A DNA stretch of 64,000 nt from the NCBI GenBank assembly GCA_963844715.1, contig CAWJPJ010000007.1, positions 1,312,001 to 1,376,000 of the forward strand, given 5' to 3'. Under the pieces are notes generated by a model. That model searched no databases, had not been told where the DNA came from, and worked only from the letters and a program-made list of their open reading frames with translations. This DNA is from an uncultured Phycisphaerales bacterium. GTDB lineage: Bacteria; Planctomycetota; Phycisphaerae; Tepidisphaerales; Tepidisphaeraceae. Positions 55,283 through 64,000 of the stretch are shown here, one piece after another. The translations under genes were made by a program, and so were the position numbers. Each line of letters opens with the position of its first letter. Positions within the stretch are counted from its first letter, which is position 1.

Positions 55283-55858
55283 ATGAAACAATCGCTGGCA
55301 CTGCCCGTACGGAAAGCCGGCGCACGCGGCGAAGCCGAACTTGTCGTCGATGCCGAGCATTACCGGCGGGTGGTGGAGGAGGGGATTTTGCGGGCTGGGG
55401 TGAGTTTGGATATCGCGACGGCGGATTTTAAGGCGATGATTTTGCCTTCGGTGCCGGGGTGTCGGGGGGTGAGCATCATTCGGGCGCTGCGGCGACTGGC
55501 GGAGGGGGGAGTGGAAGTTCGGCTCCTGCATGCGGGGACGCCTAGCGGGCCGGCTTTGCAGGAATTGAAGGAGGGGTTGCCTCGGAATCTGGTGATTCGG
55601 CGGTGTCCGCGGTTGCATGCGAAGGCGGTGATCGTCGATTGCCGGAGAATGTATCTGGGGAGCGCGAATTTCACGGGGGCGGGGCTGGGGGCCAAGGCGG
55701 ATGGGCGGCGGAATTTCGAGTGGGGGGTGTGGACGGAATCGCCGGGGATGATCGACGCGGTGCTGGAACAGTTCAACGCGCTGTGGGAAGGGCGGCGATG
55801 CGTGAACTGCAAGCGGAAGGATGTTTGCCCCGTGCCACTGGAAGAGCCTAGGCTTTAG
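55283..55858 (+). CDS. Single-HKD phospholipase D/nuclease-family protein
   Basis: LHAKAVIVD...GSANFT...NFEWG; C-terminal CxxC..C. Confidence 0.88.
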   Translation: MKQSLALPVRKAGARGEAELVVDAEHYRRVVEEGILRAGVSLDIATADFKAMILPSVPGCRGVSIIRALRRLAEGGVEVRLLHAGTPSGPALQELKEGLPRNLVIRRCPRLHAKAVIVDCRRMYLGSANFTGAGLGAKADGRRNFEWGVWTESPGMIDAVLEQFNALWEGRRCVNCKRKDVCPVPLEEPRL

Positions 55859-55949
55859 AAGCAGGAGCCTAGAGCGTGCGGGGGCCTTCTTTGACGACGC
55901 GAGAGCTTTTGAATCCGAGGGCGATTCGGCGCATAAAAGGGCGAAGGCG

Positions 55950-56058
55950 AAATGCAAAGCGGGAGGGCGGGAAAACCATATCAGGCCCGTCCTGCGGAAA
56001 CTATCGGAGGCCTCCCCTGCACCCCACCACCACCTCCGGCTTCCCCTCAACCGTCCGG
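55950..56058 (+). repeat. Solo copy of the ~100-nt arm of the 63492-63756 inverted repeat
   Basis: AAATGCAAAGCGGG...AAAACCATA...TCCTGCGGAAACT...GCACCCCACCACC...CTTCCCCTCAA...CCGTCCGG. Confidence 0.8.
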
Positions 56059-56422
56059 AGGGAAGAGGCATTCGAGGCTGCGATGCACCGACACTTTTCG
56101 GCTCTGCCGGGAATCTCCGTCATTGGTTTTTGGTTGAAAAGAAGGGAACAGCGCGTGCGGCAGCCGTGTCTTTGGTGGCGGGCATCGCAAAATGGTGACG
56201 ACGCAGGCCATATGGTTGAATTAGTCGTGCTCTCATCGAACAATTGGGGAGTGATTGAGTATTGTACTTGGATCGGCGCGGGTCCCTCCCCTGCCCTCCC
56301 CCGGAGTACCGGGGGAGGGAGGGAAAAGAACCCTCACCCCGGCCCTCTCCCTGAGTACATGGAGAGGGAGTGAGAGGACGTAGCGGGTGCGAAGGGGCGC
56401 GCGGAATTTGGCGAGTGTTCGG

Positions 56423-57442
56423 ATGAATTCTCTTACTCGGCGATTGTTGCCTGCTTTGCAGCTCACACGGATGGCGTTGGTGTTTACTGCGCTGGCGGAT
56501 AGCGCTTGCGCGATGCTGCTGACGGCGGCGAAGCAGGCGGGGAATGAATCGCTTTGGCTTCAGCTCACCTTTCGGCAGTGCCTTTCTTTGATGATGATTT
56601 CCGTGGGGCTGTATGGGTTTGGGATGAGTCTGAACGATATTATCGATCGGCGGCGGGATCAGCATATTTCGCCGAATCGGCCGATCCCTAGCGGGCGGAT
56701 TGGGGTTAGAACGGCGCATGTGGTTTGCACGCTTCTCATCCTGATGGCGCTTTTTGGGGGGGAGACTTATGCCAATGTCGTGCCGGGGTCTTCGCTTAGT
56801 CTGGTGCTGGTCTTTTTCACGGCGGCGCTGATCACGTTTTATGATTTCATGGCTAAATACCTGGTCGCGCCGGGGTTGCTTTCGCTGGGATTGATTCGAT
56901 TTTTTCATGCGACGATCGCGGCGCCGGGGCTGCCGGTTTTGTGGCATCCGCTTTGGCTTTTGAATCATGTGGCGATTGTTTCGATGCTGGCTTATCACTG
57001 GGAACAGAAGCGGCCGGCGCTGCGGCCGGTGCATTGGTGGTCGGTTTGCATGGGACTGGTCGGGATCAATCTTTTGGCGATTGCGCTGGTGTGGTGGCGG
57101 CGGCATGAGCGCGATCCATTTTTGCCGATGAGCGAGGCGCTGACTGTGGGGCCGCAGCTTTTTTTTCCGCTGATCGCGTCGGCGGTGTTTGTGGGGCTGG
57201 CGATTTGGATTCGCCGCATGAATCCCAACCCGCGCGACGCGGGGCAAACGCTTATGCTGGCGGGGTTGCTTTGGCTGATTGTGTATGACGGGGTTTTCGC
57301 GGCGGCGTACGCCGGGGCGGGGGCGGGGCTGGCGGTGTTGGCGCTGCTGCCGGCGGCGTATCTGTCGGTGCTGGCGATGCGGGCGTGGGGGAGGGTGCTG
57401 TCGCTGTCGCAGCGGCCGCAGTTTCGGCGGGTGGAGACTTAA
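56423..57442 (+). CDS. UbiA-family prenyltransferase-like membrane protein
   Basis: LNDIIDRRRD...RPIPSGRI, FYD, many TM helices. Confidence 0.85.
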   Translation: MNSLTRRLLPALQLTRMALVFTALADSACAMLLTAAKQAGNESLWLQLTFRQCLSLMMISVGLYGFGMSLNDIIDRRRDQHISPNRPIPSGRIGVRTAHVVCTLLILMALFGGETYANVVPGSSLSLVLVFFTAALITFYDFMAKYLVAPGLLSLGLIRFFHATIAAPGLPVLWHPLWLLNHVAIVSMLAYHWEQKRPALRPVHWWSVCMGLVGINLLAIALVWWRRHERDPFLPMSEALTVGPQLFFPLIASAVFVGLAIWIRRMNPNPRDAGQTLMLAGLLWLIVYDGVFAAAYAGAGAGLAVLALLPAAYLSVLAMRAWGRVLSLSQRPQFRRVET

Positions 57443-57460
57443 ATTCCGGAAAAAAGATTC

Positions 57461-57870
57461 ACCGCCCGCGAGTACGCTGGATTAACCGCCCGCGAGTACG
57501 CTAGAGACGCGGAGAGCGCGGAGATAAGAAAAGAATGAATTGCTTTTCAAAAAAAGAGAATTGAATTTGCTCTGCTGAAATCCTTGGGTGCTCGGAGCAG
57601 AACCCCCACCCATCGTGCCGAAACTGGCGGATGGGGACAGGGGGTGCTCCCCCTGAGTACAGGGAGAGGGGGAAAGAGGATTCTCGGACGGAGGATTTCA
57701 TCAGAGCAAATTGAATTCTCTGCGTCTGTCTCCACGATCTCCGCGGCTCTAGCGTACTCGCGGGCGGTTTTTAATCTTCGATTTGGAAATGATTCTGCGC
57801 CGCCGAAGTCCTAGCGTTCTCGGGGCAGAACCCCCACCCCAGCCCTCCCCCTGAGTACATGGGGAGGAGG
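57461..57870. repeat. Nested palindromic/REP cluster between convergent genes
   Basis: Outer inverted repeat 57484-57524/57729-57769, inner inverted repeat 57555-57584/57692-57721, GAGTAC REPs inside and after. Confidence 0.85.
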
Positions 57871-57899
57871 AAGAGAAGTACTCTGAGCAGGCCAAATGA

Positions 57900-58445
57900 T
57901 TATTTAAATCCCTTGCGGCGCTGTTGGCTGTAGCGGGCTAGGGCGTCTTCGATGATGGGGTAGGCTTTGGCGGCGGGTTCGATGGCGTCGACTTCGACGG
58001 CCTTGCCTTCGAGCTGTTTGTAATCCTGGAAAAATCTTCGGAGCATGGCGAGGCGGTGGGCGGGCATTTCGCTGGCTTCGACGTAGCTGTTGAATTCGGG
58101 GTCTTCCATGGCGACGCCGATGATTTTGTGGTCTTTTTTTCCGGCGTCGATCATGGTCATCAGGCCGATGGTGCGGACTTTGGGGATGAGGGTCAGGGGG
58201 ACGACGGTTTCTTGGCAGAGAACCAGGACGTCGAGGGGATCGTCATCCTCGGCGAGCGTTTGGGGGATGAAGCCGTAGTTGGCGGGGTAGTAGACGGCGG
58301 AATAGAGGACGCGGTCCAGCTTGATGAGGCCGCTCTCTTTATCGAGTTCGTACTTCACGCTGGAGCCGAAGGGGATTTCGATCACGGCGGCGAATTCGCG
58401 CGGGACGTGCTCGCCGGGGGTTACATCGTGCCAGGGGTGAACCAT
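57900..58445 (-). CDS. ppa: Inorganic pyrophosphatase, family I
   Basis: [28 protein letters not shown]. Confidence 0.97.
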   Translation of the reverse strand: MVHPWHDVTPGEHVPREFAAVIEIPFGSSVKYELDKESGLIKLDRVLYSAVYYPANYGFIPQTLAEDDDPLDVLVLCQETVVPLTLIPKVRTIGLMTMIDAGKKDHKIIGVAMEDPEFNSYVEASEMPAHRLAMLRRFFQDYKQLEGKAVEVDAIEPAAKAYPIIEDALARYSQQRRKGFK

Positions 58446-58524
58446 AATTCCTTAGTCTTATCGGCAGGGATTATAGGGGCCTTGGCTTGAAAAATCGGCG
58501 GCGGGGCGCGACGATTCGGGCCGC

Positions 58525-59942
58525 TTGCGAATTTTTTCCAGAGTCATATCAGCATTGCTGGCGGCGGCGGGGGTTTACATCCTGATTTTCGGACCCAGGG
58601 CGGGGTCGGAAATTCCGGCGGATCGGCGCGGGGACACCATCGTCGAGTATTGGGAAAAGTGGACGGGGCAGGAAAGCGACGACATGGCGCAGATCGTGCG
58701 CGATTTCAATAATACGGTCGGGAAAGAGAAGCACATCTACGTTCGGTACGTTTCGACGAGCGATATCCAATATAAGACATTGCTGGCGATCGCGGGGGGT
58801 ACGCCGCCGGATGTGGCGGGATTGTTTCATGATGTGGTGGTGCAGTATGGGGCGCTGGGGCGCTGGAGCCGCTGGAGGATTTGGCGACGGCGCATGGGAT
58901 AAGCGGGGGGGACTATAAGCCGGTGTATTGGAAGGCGTGTCATTACAACGGGCATTTGTATGCGCTGCCTAGCACGCCGGGGGCGGTGGCGCTGTTTTAT
59001 AACACGAAGATTTTTCACGATAGCGCGGCGGCGTTGCGCAGGGCGGGGCTGGATCCGGGGCGGGTGCCGCGGACGCTGGAGGAGCTGGATCGATATGCGG
59101 CGGCGTTGAATGTCTATAGCACGGATTCGAGCGGGCGGCGGCATTTGGATCGGGCGGGATATATTCCGATGGAGCCGGGGTGGTATATCACGGAAACACA
59201 GATCTGGTTTGGCACGGATGTGTGGGACTCGGCGAATCAGAAATTCATCCTCAACGATCCGCGCGTGGTGGCGGCTTATCAGTGGGTTCAGAATTATTCT
59301 TTGGCGATCGGGGCGGACGAGATTCGGGAATTTTCGGGGACCAACGATCCAACCAAGGGGGGATTCAACACGGTTCAGAACGCGTTCATTGCGGGGCGTG
59401 TGGCGATGGAACAGCAGGGGCCGTGGATGGCGAATTTCATTCATATACTGAAGCCGGAGATGGATCATGAATGGGCGGCGGCGCCGTTTCCGTCGAATGT
59501 GCCGGGGCAAACGGATGTTACTTTTTGTCCGTTCAATTGCCTGATGATCCCTAAAGGGGCCAAGCACAAGGAGGCGGCGTTTGAATTCATCGCTTACGTG
59601 AATCGGCAGGACGTGATGGAGAAAATCTGCTCTTTGCAATGCACGAATTCGCCATTGGCGAGAGTGAGCGCGAGTTTTTTGGCGCATCATCCGAATCCGT
59701 ATATCAGTGTGTTTGAGGAATTGTCGAGCAGCCCCAACGCCTATGGACCGATTGACAACGCGATCGGGCAGGAAGTGGGGAAGGATTTGCAGTCTCTGGC
59801 GCAGGGGCTGGCGGCTCTGGCGGTCGATCCGGAGACGGGGAAGTTGCTGAGCGCGAAGGATGCGCTGGATCGACTGCAGGCACGCGAAGAGGAGAAGCTG
59901 CGGATTTATCGGGAGGATCAGGCGCGGAGGAAAAACCAGTGA
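58525..59942 (+). CDS. Sugar ABC transporter substrate-binding protein (frameshift near 58860)
   Basis: GTPPDV, LYALP, LFYN, GRVAM..GPW, IPKGAKHKEAAFEFI. Confidence 0.88.
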
Positions 59943-60817
59943 GCCGGGAAGGGCGAAATTTTCTTAAGGGGATGGCGTTTCTTTCGCCGTGGCTGATTGG
60001 GTTCGCGGCGTTCACGCTGATTCCGGTGGCGCTTTCGCTTTATTACAGTTTTTGCCAATATTCGCTGGTGCAGTCGCCGTTGTGGTGCGGGTGGGACAAT
60101 TACCGGCTGCTTTGGAACGATGACGTTTTCTGGCTCGCGATGCGTGTGACGTTCGTTTACGCGGCGATGGCGCTGCCCGCGGGGTTGATCGTGGCGCTGG
60201 GGCTGGCGCTGCTGCTGAATCAGAAGGTGCCGGGGCAGTCGCTGTTTCGGACGATCATTTTCATTCCGTCGCTGGTGCCGACGATTGCGTCGGCGGCGCT
60301 TTGGCTGTGGCTGCTGAATCAGAAGCTGGGGCTGGTGAATTGGCTGTTGGGGTGGGTGGGGCTGCCGGGGCCGGGGTGGTTGACGGATACGCGATGGGTG
60401 CTGCCGGGGCTGGCGCTGATGAGTGTGTGGGGTTGCGGGAACACGGCCGTCATCTATCTGGCTGGGCTTCAAGATGTGCCGCGCGAATTGTATGAGGCGG
60501 CGAGCCTGGATGGGGCGGGGCCGGTGCGGCGGTTGTGGCACGTGACGATTCCGATGATCTCGCCGGTGATTTTTTTCAATCTGGTGATGGCGATCATCGG
60601 CGTGTTTCAGGTTTTCGATGCGCCTTATCTGATGACCAACGGCGGGCCTAGCCGGGCGAGTTATTTTTATACGTATTACCTTTACGATTCGGGGTTCACG
60701 TATTTGAAAATGGGATACGCCAGCGCGATGGCGTGGATTCAACTTTTGATCGTGGTGGCGCTGACGGGGCTGGCGTTTTTGACGAGCCGGAAATGGGTCT
60801 ATTACCAGGGAAAATGA
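59939..60817 (+). CDS. Sugar ABC transporter permease
   Basis: LYEAASLDGA EAA motif, MGYASAMAW. Confidence 0.95.
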   Translation: MSREGRNFLKGMAFLSPWLIGFAAFTLIPVALSLYYSFCQYSLVQSPLWCGWDNYRLLWNDDVFWLAMRVTFVYAAMALPAGLIVALGLALLLNQKVPGQSLFRTIIFIPSLVPTIASAALWLWLLNQKLGLVNWLLGWVGLPGPGWLTDTRWVLPGLALMSVWGCGNTAVIYLAGLQDVPRELYEAASLDGAGPVRRLWHVTIPMISPVIFFNLVMAIIGVFQVFDAPYLMTNGGPSRASYFYTYYLYDSGFTYLKMGYASAMAWIQLLIVVALTGLAFLTSRKWVYYQGK

Positions 60818-61687
60818 ATGGAAGCCTCGGCAAAAAGATCGCAAAAAATCGCGGTGGCCCTTTCATACGGCGGATTGCTGATCGCCTGCGGGATGATGGT
60901 GCTGCCATTTTTGTGGCTGATCTCGACGAGTTTGAAGACGGTGCCGCAGACGATGGAGTATCCGCCGCGCTGGCTGCCTGATCCGCCGATGTTTGGGACG
61001 TACGTCGATGTGCTGAAGAATCCGCGGGCGAATTTTATTTTGTGGACGCGGAACACGCTGATCATTGCCGCGCTGACGGTTGCCGGGGTGACGATTTCCA
61101 GTTCGATCGTCGCTTACGGATTTGCGCGGATTCGATTTCGCGGGCGCGGACTGCTGTTTGCGCTGATGCTCTCGACGATGATGATTCCGTTCCCGGTGAT
61201 GATGGTGCCCCTGTATGCGATCTTCCGCTGGCTGGGGGATCACACGGGGATTCAATGGCTGGGGACGTTCAAGCCGCTTTGGGTGCCGGCGTGGTTTGGG
61301 TCGGCGTTCAGCATCTTTTTGCTGCGGCAATTTTTTGTGACGATTCCCGAGGAGCTATCCGAGGCGGCGCGGATTGATGGGTGCAATGAGTGGGGGATTT
61401 ACTGGCATATCATTCTGCCGCTCTCGCGCCTGGCGCTGAGCGTCGTCGCGCTCTTCACGTTCATGTATGTCTGGCGGGATTTCCTGGGGCCGCTGGTTTA
61501 TCTCCAGCGGTCGAGCCAGTTCACGCTCACGCTGGGGTTGCAGGCGTTTCAGTCGCAGAACGGGGGGACGCCGTGGAATGAGCTGATGGCCGCGAGTGTG
61601 CTGGTGATTGCACCGGTAATCGTGCTGTTTTTTCTGGCGCAGCGGACGTTTATCGAGGGGATCGCCACGACCGGCATGAAGGGATAA
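60818..61687 (+). CDS. Carbohydrate ABC transporter permease
   Basis: ELSEAARIDG, QRTFIEGIATTGMKG. Confidence 0.95.
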   Translation: MEASAKRSQKIAVALSYGGLLIACGMMVLPFLWLISTSLKTVPQTMEYPPRWLPDPPMFGTYVDVLKNPRANFILWTRNTLIIAALTVAGVTISSSIVAYGFARIRFRGRGLLFALMLSTMMIPFPVMMVPLYAIFRWLGDHTGIQWLGTFKPLWVPAWFGSAFSIFLLRQFFVTIPEELSEAARIDGCNEWGIYWHIILPLSRLALSVVALFTFMYVWRDFLGPLVYLQRSSQFTLTLGLQAFQSQNGGTPWNELMAASVLVIAPVIVLFFLAQRTFIEGIATTGMKG

Positions 61688-61812
61688 TCTCCCCCGGCCT
61701 ATTTTCCGGATAAGAGCTTGCCGTCAAAGGCGTTACGACCCCTAATGTCGTCAGGGTCGGGTGCCGATGAGGGGAGTGGGCATATAGTAAGTTAGAGGCT
61801 GGAGGGACGAAT

Positions 61813-62262
61813 ATGATTCCTCAATACGCTTACTCGCTGAGTGGCGATCAGTATCGCGGGCCGTACGCGACGCGCGAAGAGGCGCTGGCGGCGGCGATTG
61901 AATCGGCGCGGCGTTCGCCGGCGTCGCCGCAGTCGGTGTTTGTGGGGCGGATGGTCGCGGCGGATGCGAAGGCGGGGGGACACGCACGAGCCATTTTGTC
62001 CAACATGGCGGCTCGCGCTCGGGAGGAATTTGGGGACGCGGCCGAGCAATATCTGAACGCGATTCCCAAAGCGCAAGTTGAAAATCTGGATCAAGCGCTG
62101 GAACTGGTCATTCGCAACTGGCTGCAGAATGCGGATTTGATGCCGACGTTCTTTAAGGTAGAAGCGATCGGAGAATATCCGGTTCCGGCGTCCAAGGAAG
62201 ACCGCGATCCCGGCGATTACCGGGAAGTTCAGGAAATCGGCAGCGGCGAGTACGGCGGTTAA
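61813..62262 (+). CDS. Hypothetical protein
   Basis: GGAGG RBS, 149-aa ORF. Confidence 0.7.
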   Translation: MIPQYAYSLSGDQYRGPYATREEALAAAIESARRSPASPQSVFVGRMVAADAKAGGHARAILSNMAARAREEFGDAAEQYLNAIPKAQVENLDQALELVIRNWLQNADLMPTFFKVEAIGEYPVPASKEDRDPGDYREVQEIGSGEYGG

Positions 62263-62670
62263 TTCCTGGCCTCGTACCGTTCCCTTGTGCGCGGTCTGGC
62301 GCATTTGTATTCTCACTTCGTTCATAACGGCATTGGCACAGAGGACACAGAGGACACAGAGTGCACAGAGAGAGAAAGCTAATCTTTAATTTGTCTTCTC
62401 TGTGGCCTCTGTGTGGCTCTGTGTCCTCTGTGGTCGCATTTATTCCCGCGTGTTCGACCGCGGTTTGGGGGTACGGGGGATAATTCCTCTCTTCATACCG
62501 TTCACTTGTGCGCAGTCTGGCGCATTTGTATTCTCACTTCGTTCATAACAGCATTGGCACGGAGGACACGGAGCACACAGAGAGCACACAGAGAGAAAGC
62601 TAATTTTTAGTTTGTCTTCTCTGTGGCCTCTGTGTGGCTCTGTGTCCTCTGTGGTCGCATTTATCCCCCC
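62260..62670 (+). repeat. Tandem duplication, two ~190-bp units at 222-bp period, each containing a 9-nt periodic palindrome
   Basis: 62260-62449 versus 62482-62670; (ACAGAGGAC)n ... (CTCTGTGTC/GG)n arms. Confidence 0.9.
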
Positions 62671-62687
62671 GCGATTCCGGAGGCGCC

Positions 62688-63416
62688 ATGTCCATCCGCG
62701 TTACCGTCTGGCATGAATTTCGTCATGAAAAGTTGAATCCTAAGGTTGCGGAGATCTATCCGCGCGGGATGCATGAGGCGATTGCTTCGCATCTGCGGAA
62801 GAGTTCCGATCTGGCGGTGCGCACGGCGACGCTGGACGAGCCGGGGCACGGGCTTTCGGGGGATGTGCTGGATTCGACGGATGTGCTGACTTGGTGGGGG
62901 CATCATGCGCATCCGGAAGTGAAGGATGACGTCGTCGAGCGGGTGTTCAATCGCGTTTTGGGGGGGATGGGGCTGCTGGTTTTGCATAGCGCGCACTTTT
63001 CCAAAATCTTTCGGAAATTGATGGGGACGGGGTGCGATTTGAAATGGCGCGAGGAGGAGAATGAGCGGGAGATTCTTTGGGTGACGCGGCCGGGGCATCC
63101 GGTCGTGAAGGGGATCAACGATCATTTCGTTATTCCGCGCGAGGAGATGTACGGGGAATTTTTTGACGTCCCGGAGCCGGAGTGCACGTTTTTGATCAGC
63201 AGCTTTTCGGGGGGCGAAGTCTTCCGAAGCGGGTGCACCTGGACGCGCGGGGCGGGAAGGATCGTTTATTTCCGGCCGGGGCATGAGACGTTTCCAACTT
63301 ATCATGATGCGAATGTGCTGAGGGTGATTGAGAATGCGGTGCGGTGGCTGGCGCCGACGGGTTCGACGACGCCGCAAACTTATGGGAATCGGCCGATGGG
63401 GTGGGTGGATCGGTGA
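62688..63416 (+). CDS. ThuA-like (trehalose utilization) domain protein
   Basis: [42 protein letters not shown]. Confidence 0.92.
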   Translation: MSIRVTVWHEFRHEKLNPKVAEIYPRGMHEAIASHLRKSSDLAVRTATLDEPGHGLSGDVLDSTDVLTWWGHHAHPEVKDDVVERVFNRVLGGMGLLVLHSAHFSKIFRKLMGTGCDLKWREEENEREILWVTRPGHPVVKGINDHFVIPREEMYGEFFDVPEPECTFLISSFSGGEVFRSGCTWTRGAGRIVYFRPGHETFPTYHDANVLRVIENAVRWLAPTGSTTPQTYGNRPMGWVDR

Positions 63417-63491
63417 TTTGCCTGGCAGGTAGAGGGGGCGGGCGAACTATCGCAAATATGTCAGATTTCTGGTTAATCGGTCCAAATTCAA

Positions 63492-63756
63492 ATGCAAAGC
63501 GGGGAGGCGGGAGAAAACCATACGGCCCCTCCTGCGGAAACTGCCGGAATCCTCCCGCACCCCACCACCCTCTTTCCTTCCCCTCAAACCGTCCGGCGGC
63601 GAAATAGCGTAGGGCCAATTGCATAATCCCATTGGCGTTCTCCCCCCTGGGGCGTTGAGCGGAAGGTGGAAAAGGTGGTGGGGTTGCAGGGGAGGATTCC
63701 GTTAGTTTTCGCGGGACAGGCATTATGGGGTTTTCCCTCCTCCCCTGGCATTGCGT
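63492..63756. repeat. Long imperfect inverted repeat (~100-nt arms)
   Basis: 63494-63589 is the degenerate reverse complement of 63654-63754. Confidence 0.8.
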
Positions 63757-63906
63757 GTCGTTTTTGAACGATAGATTGGCTCGTAATCGAACTCCAAGCG
63801 CACCAATTTTGCCCCGTGTTTGGCGATTCCAAATCTTTTTCTTGCCCGCCCTTAACGCAATCTATACGCTATCAGTTGGGCCGTAAAAAAGACGAGGAGG
63901 CTCATC

Positions 63907-64000
63907 ATGCCTTACACGACGGGTGATATCAGGAATGTCCTTTTGGCCGGTCATGGTGGGAGTGGGAAGACCACTTTGGCCGATGCGATGCTGTTCGCTT
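63907..64000 (+). CDS. Elongation factor G-like GTPase, N-terminus only
   Basis: GAGGAGG RBS; MPYTTGDIRNVLLAGHGGSGKTTLADAMLF. Confidence 0.8.
   Translation, partial: MPYTTGDIRNVLLAGHGGSGKTTLADAMLFA

Noticed and set aside
3348..59942. Widespread frameshifts (ispG, moaA, trpC, ugd, proS, ritA, ABC binding protein and others) as genome decay or recoding
   Set aside because: They hit essential genes, are 1-2 nt indels often in GC runs, and leave the rest of each protein intact. Long-read consensus error is the simplest explanation; only the IS630 site has a canonical slippery motif.
62260..62670. CRISPR array
   Set aside because: Only two ~190-bp units, no repeat-spacer periodicity of CRISPR size, and no cas genes. 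No CRISPR array was seen anywhere in the window.

Overview
A GC-rich bacterial chromosomal segment, most likely Planctomycetota (Phycisphaerae/Tepidisphaerales-like). This is inferred from the CGYDLRATPxRCPECG zinc-ribbon membrane paralogs, PEP-CTERM proteins and an ATTQP-type secreted protein. Housekeeping genes (argC, ispG, lpxL-like, moaA, trpC, wecA-like, ugd, glyA, proS, ppa, the start of an EF-G-like gene, a sugar ABC transporter) are interleaved with accessory DNA. The accessory DNA comprises: an IS1595-family element apparently carrying a PIN-domain gene pair (1-2048); a MazF-type TA pair and an IS630; three paralogous GH28-like PEP-CTERM genes, the third cleanly interrupted by a 3,650-bp Recombinase-In-Trio (RIT) element; and a defence-like cluster (type IIG R-M gene, a Panacea antitoxin/MazF-like toxin pair split by an IS5-family element and bracketed by ~160-bp direct repeats, and a PLD-domain gene). 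Several palindromic, REP-like and MITE-like repeats are also present. Many genes, including essential ones, carry 1-2 nt frameshifts that look like long-read consensus errors. The most interesting locus is the RIT element: it has no target duplication, an array of TTATGT boxes with a junction-like 6-bp-spacer site at its left end, and a hairpin in its non-coding leader whose stem equals the 7 nt spanning the empty target site. All calls come from reading motifs by eye; no database searches were run.
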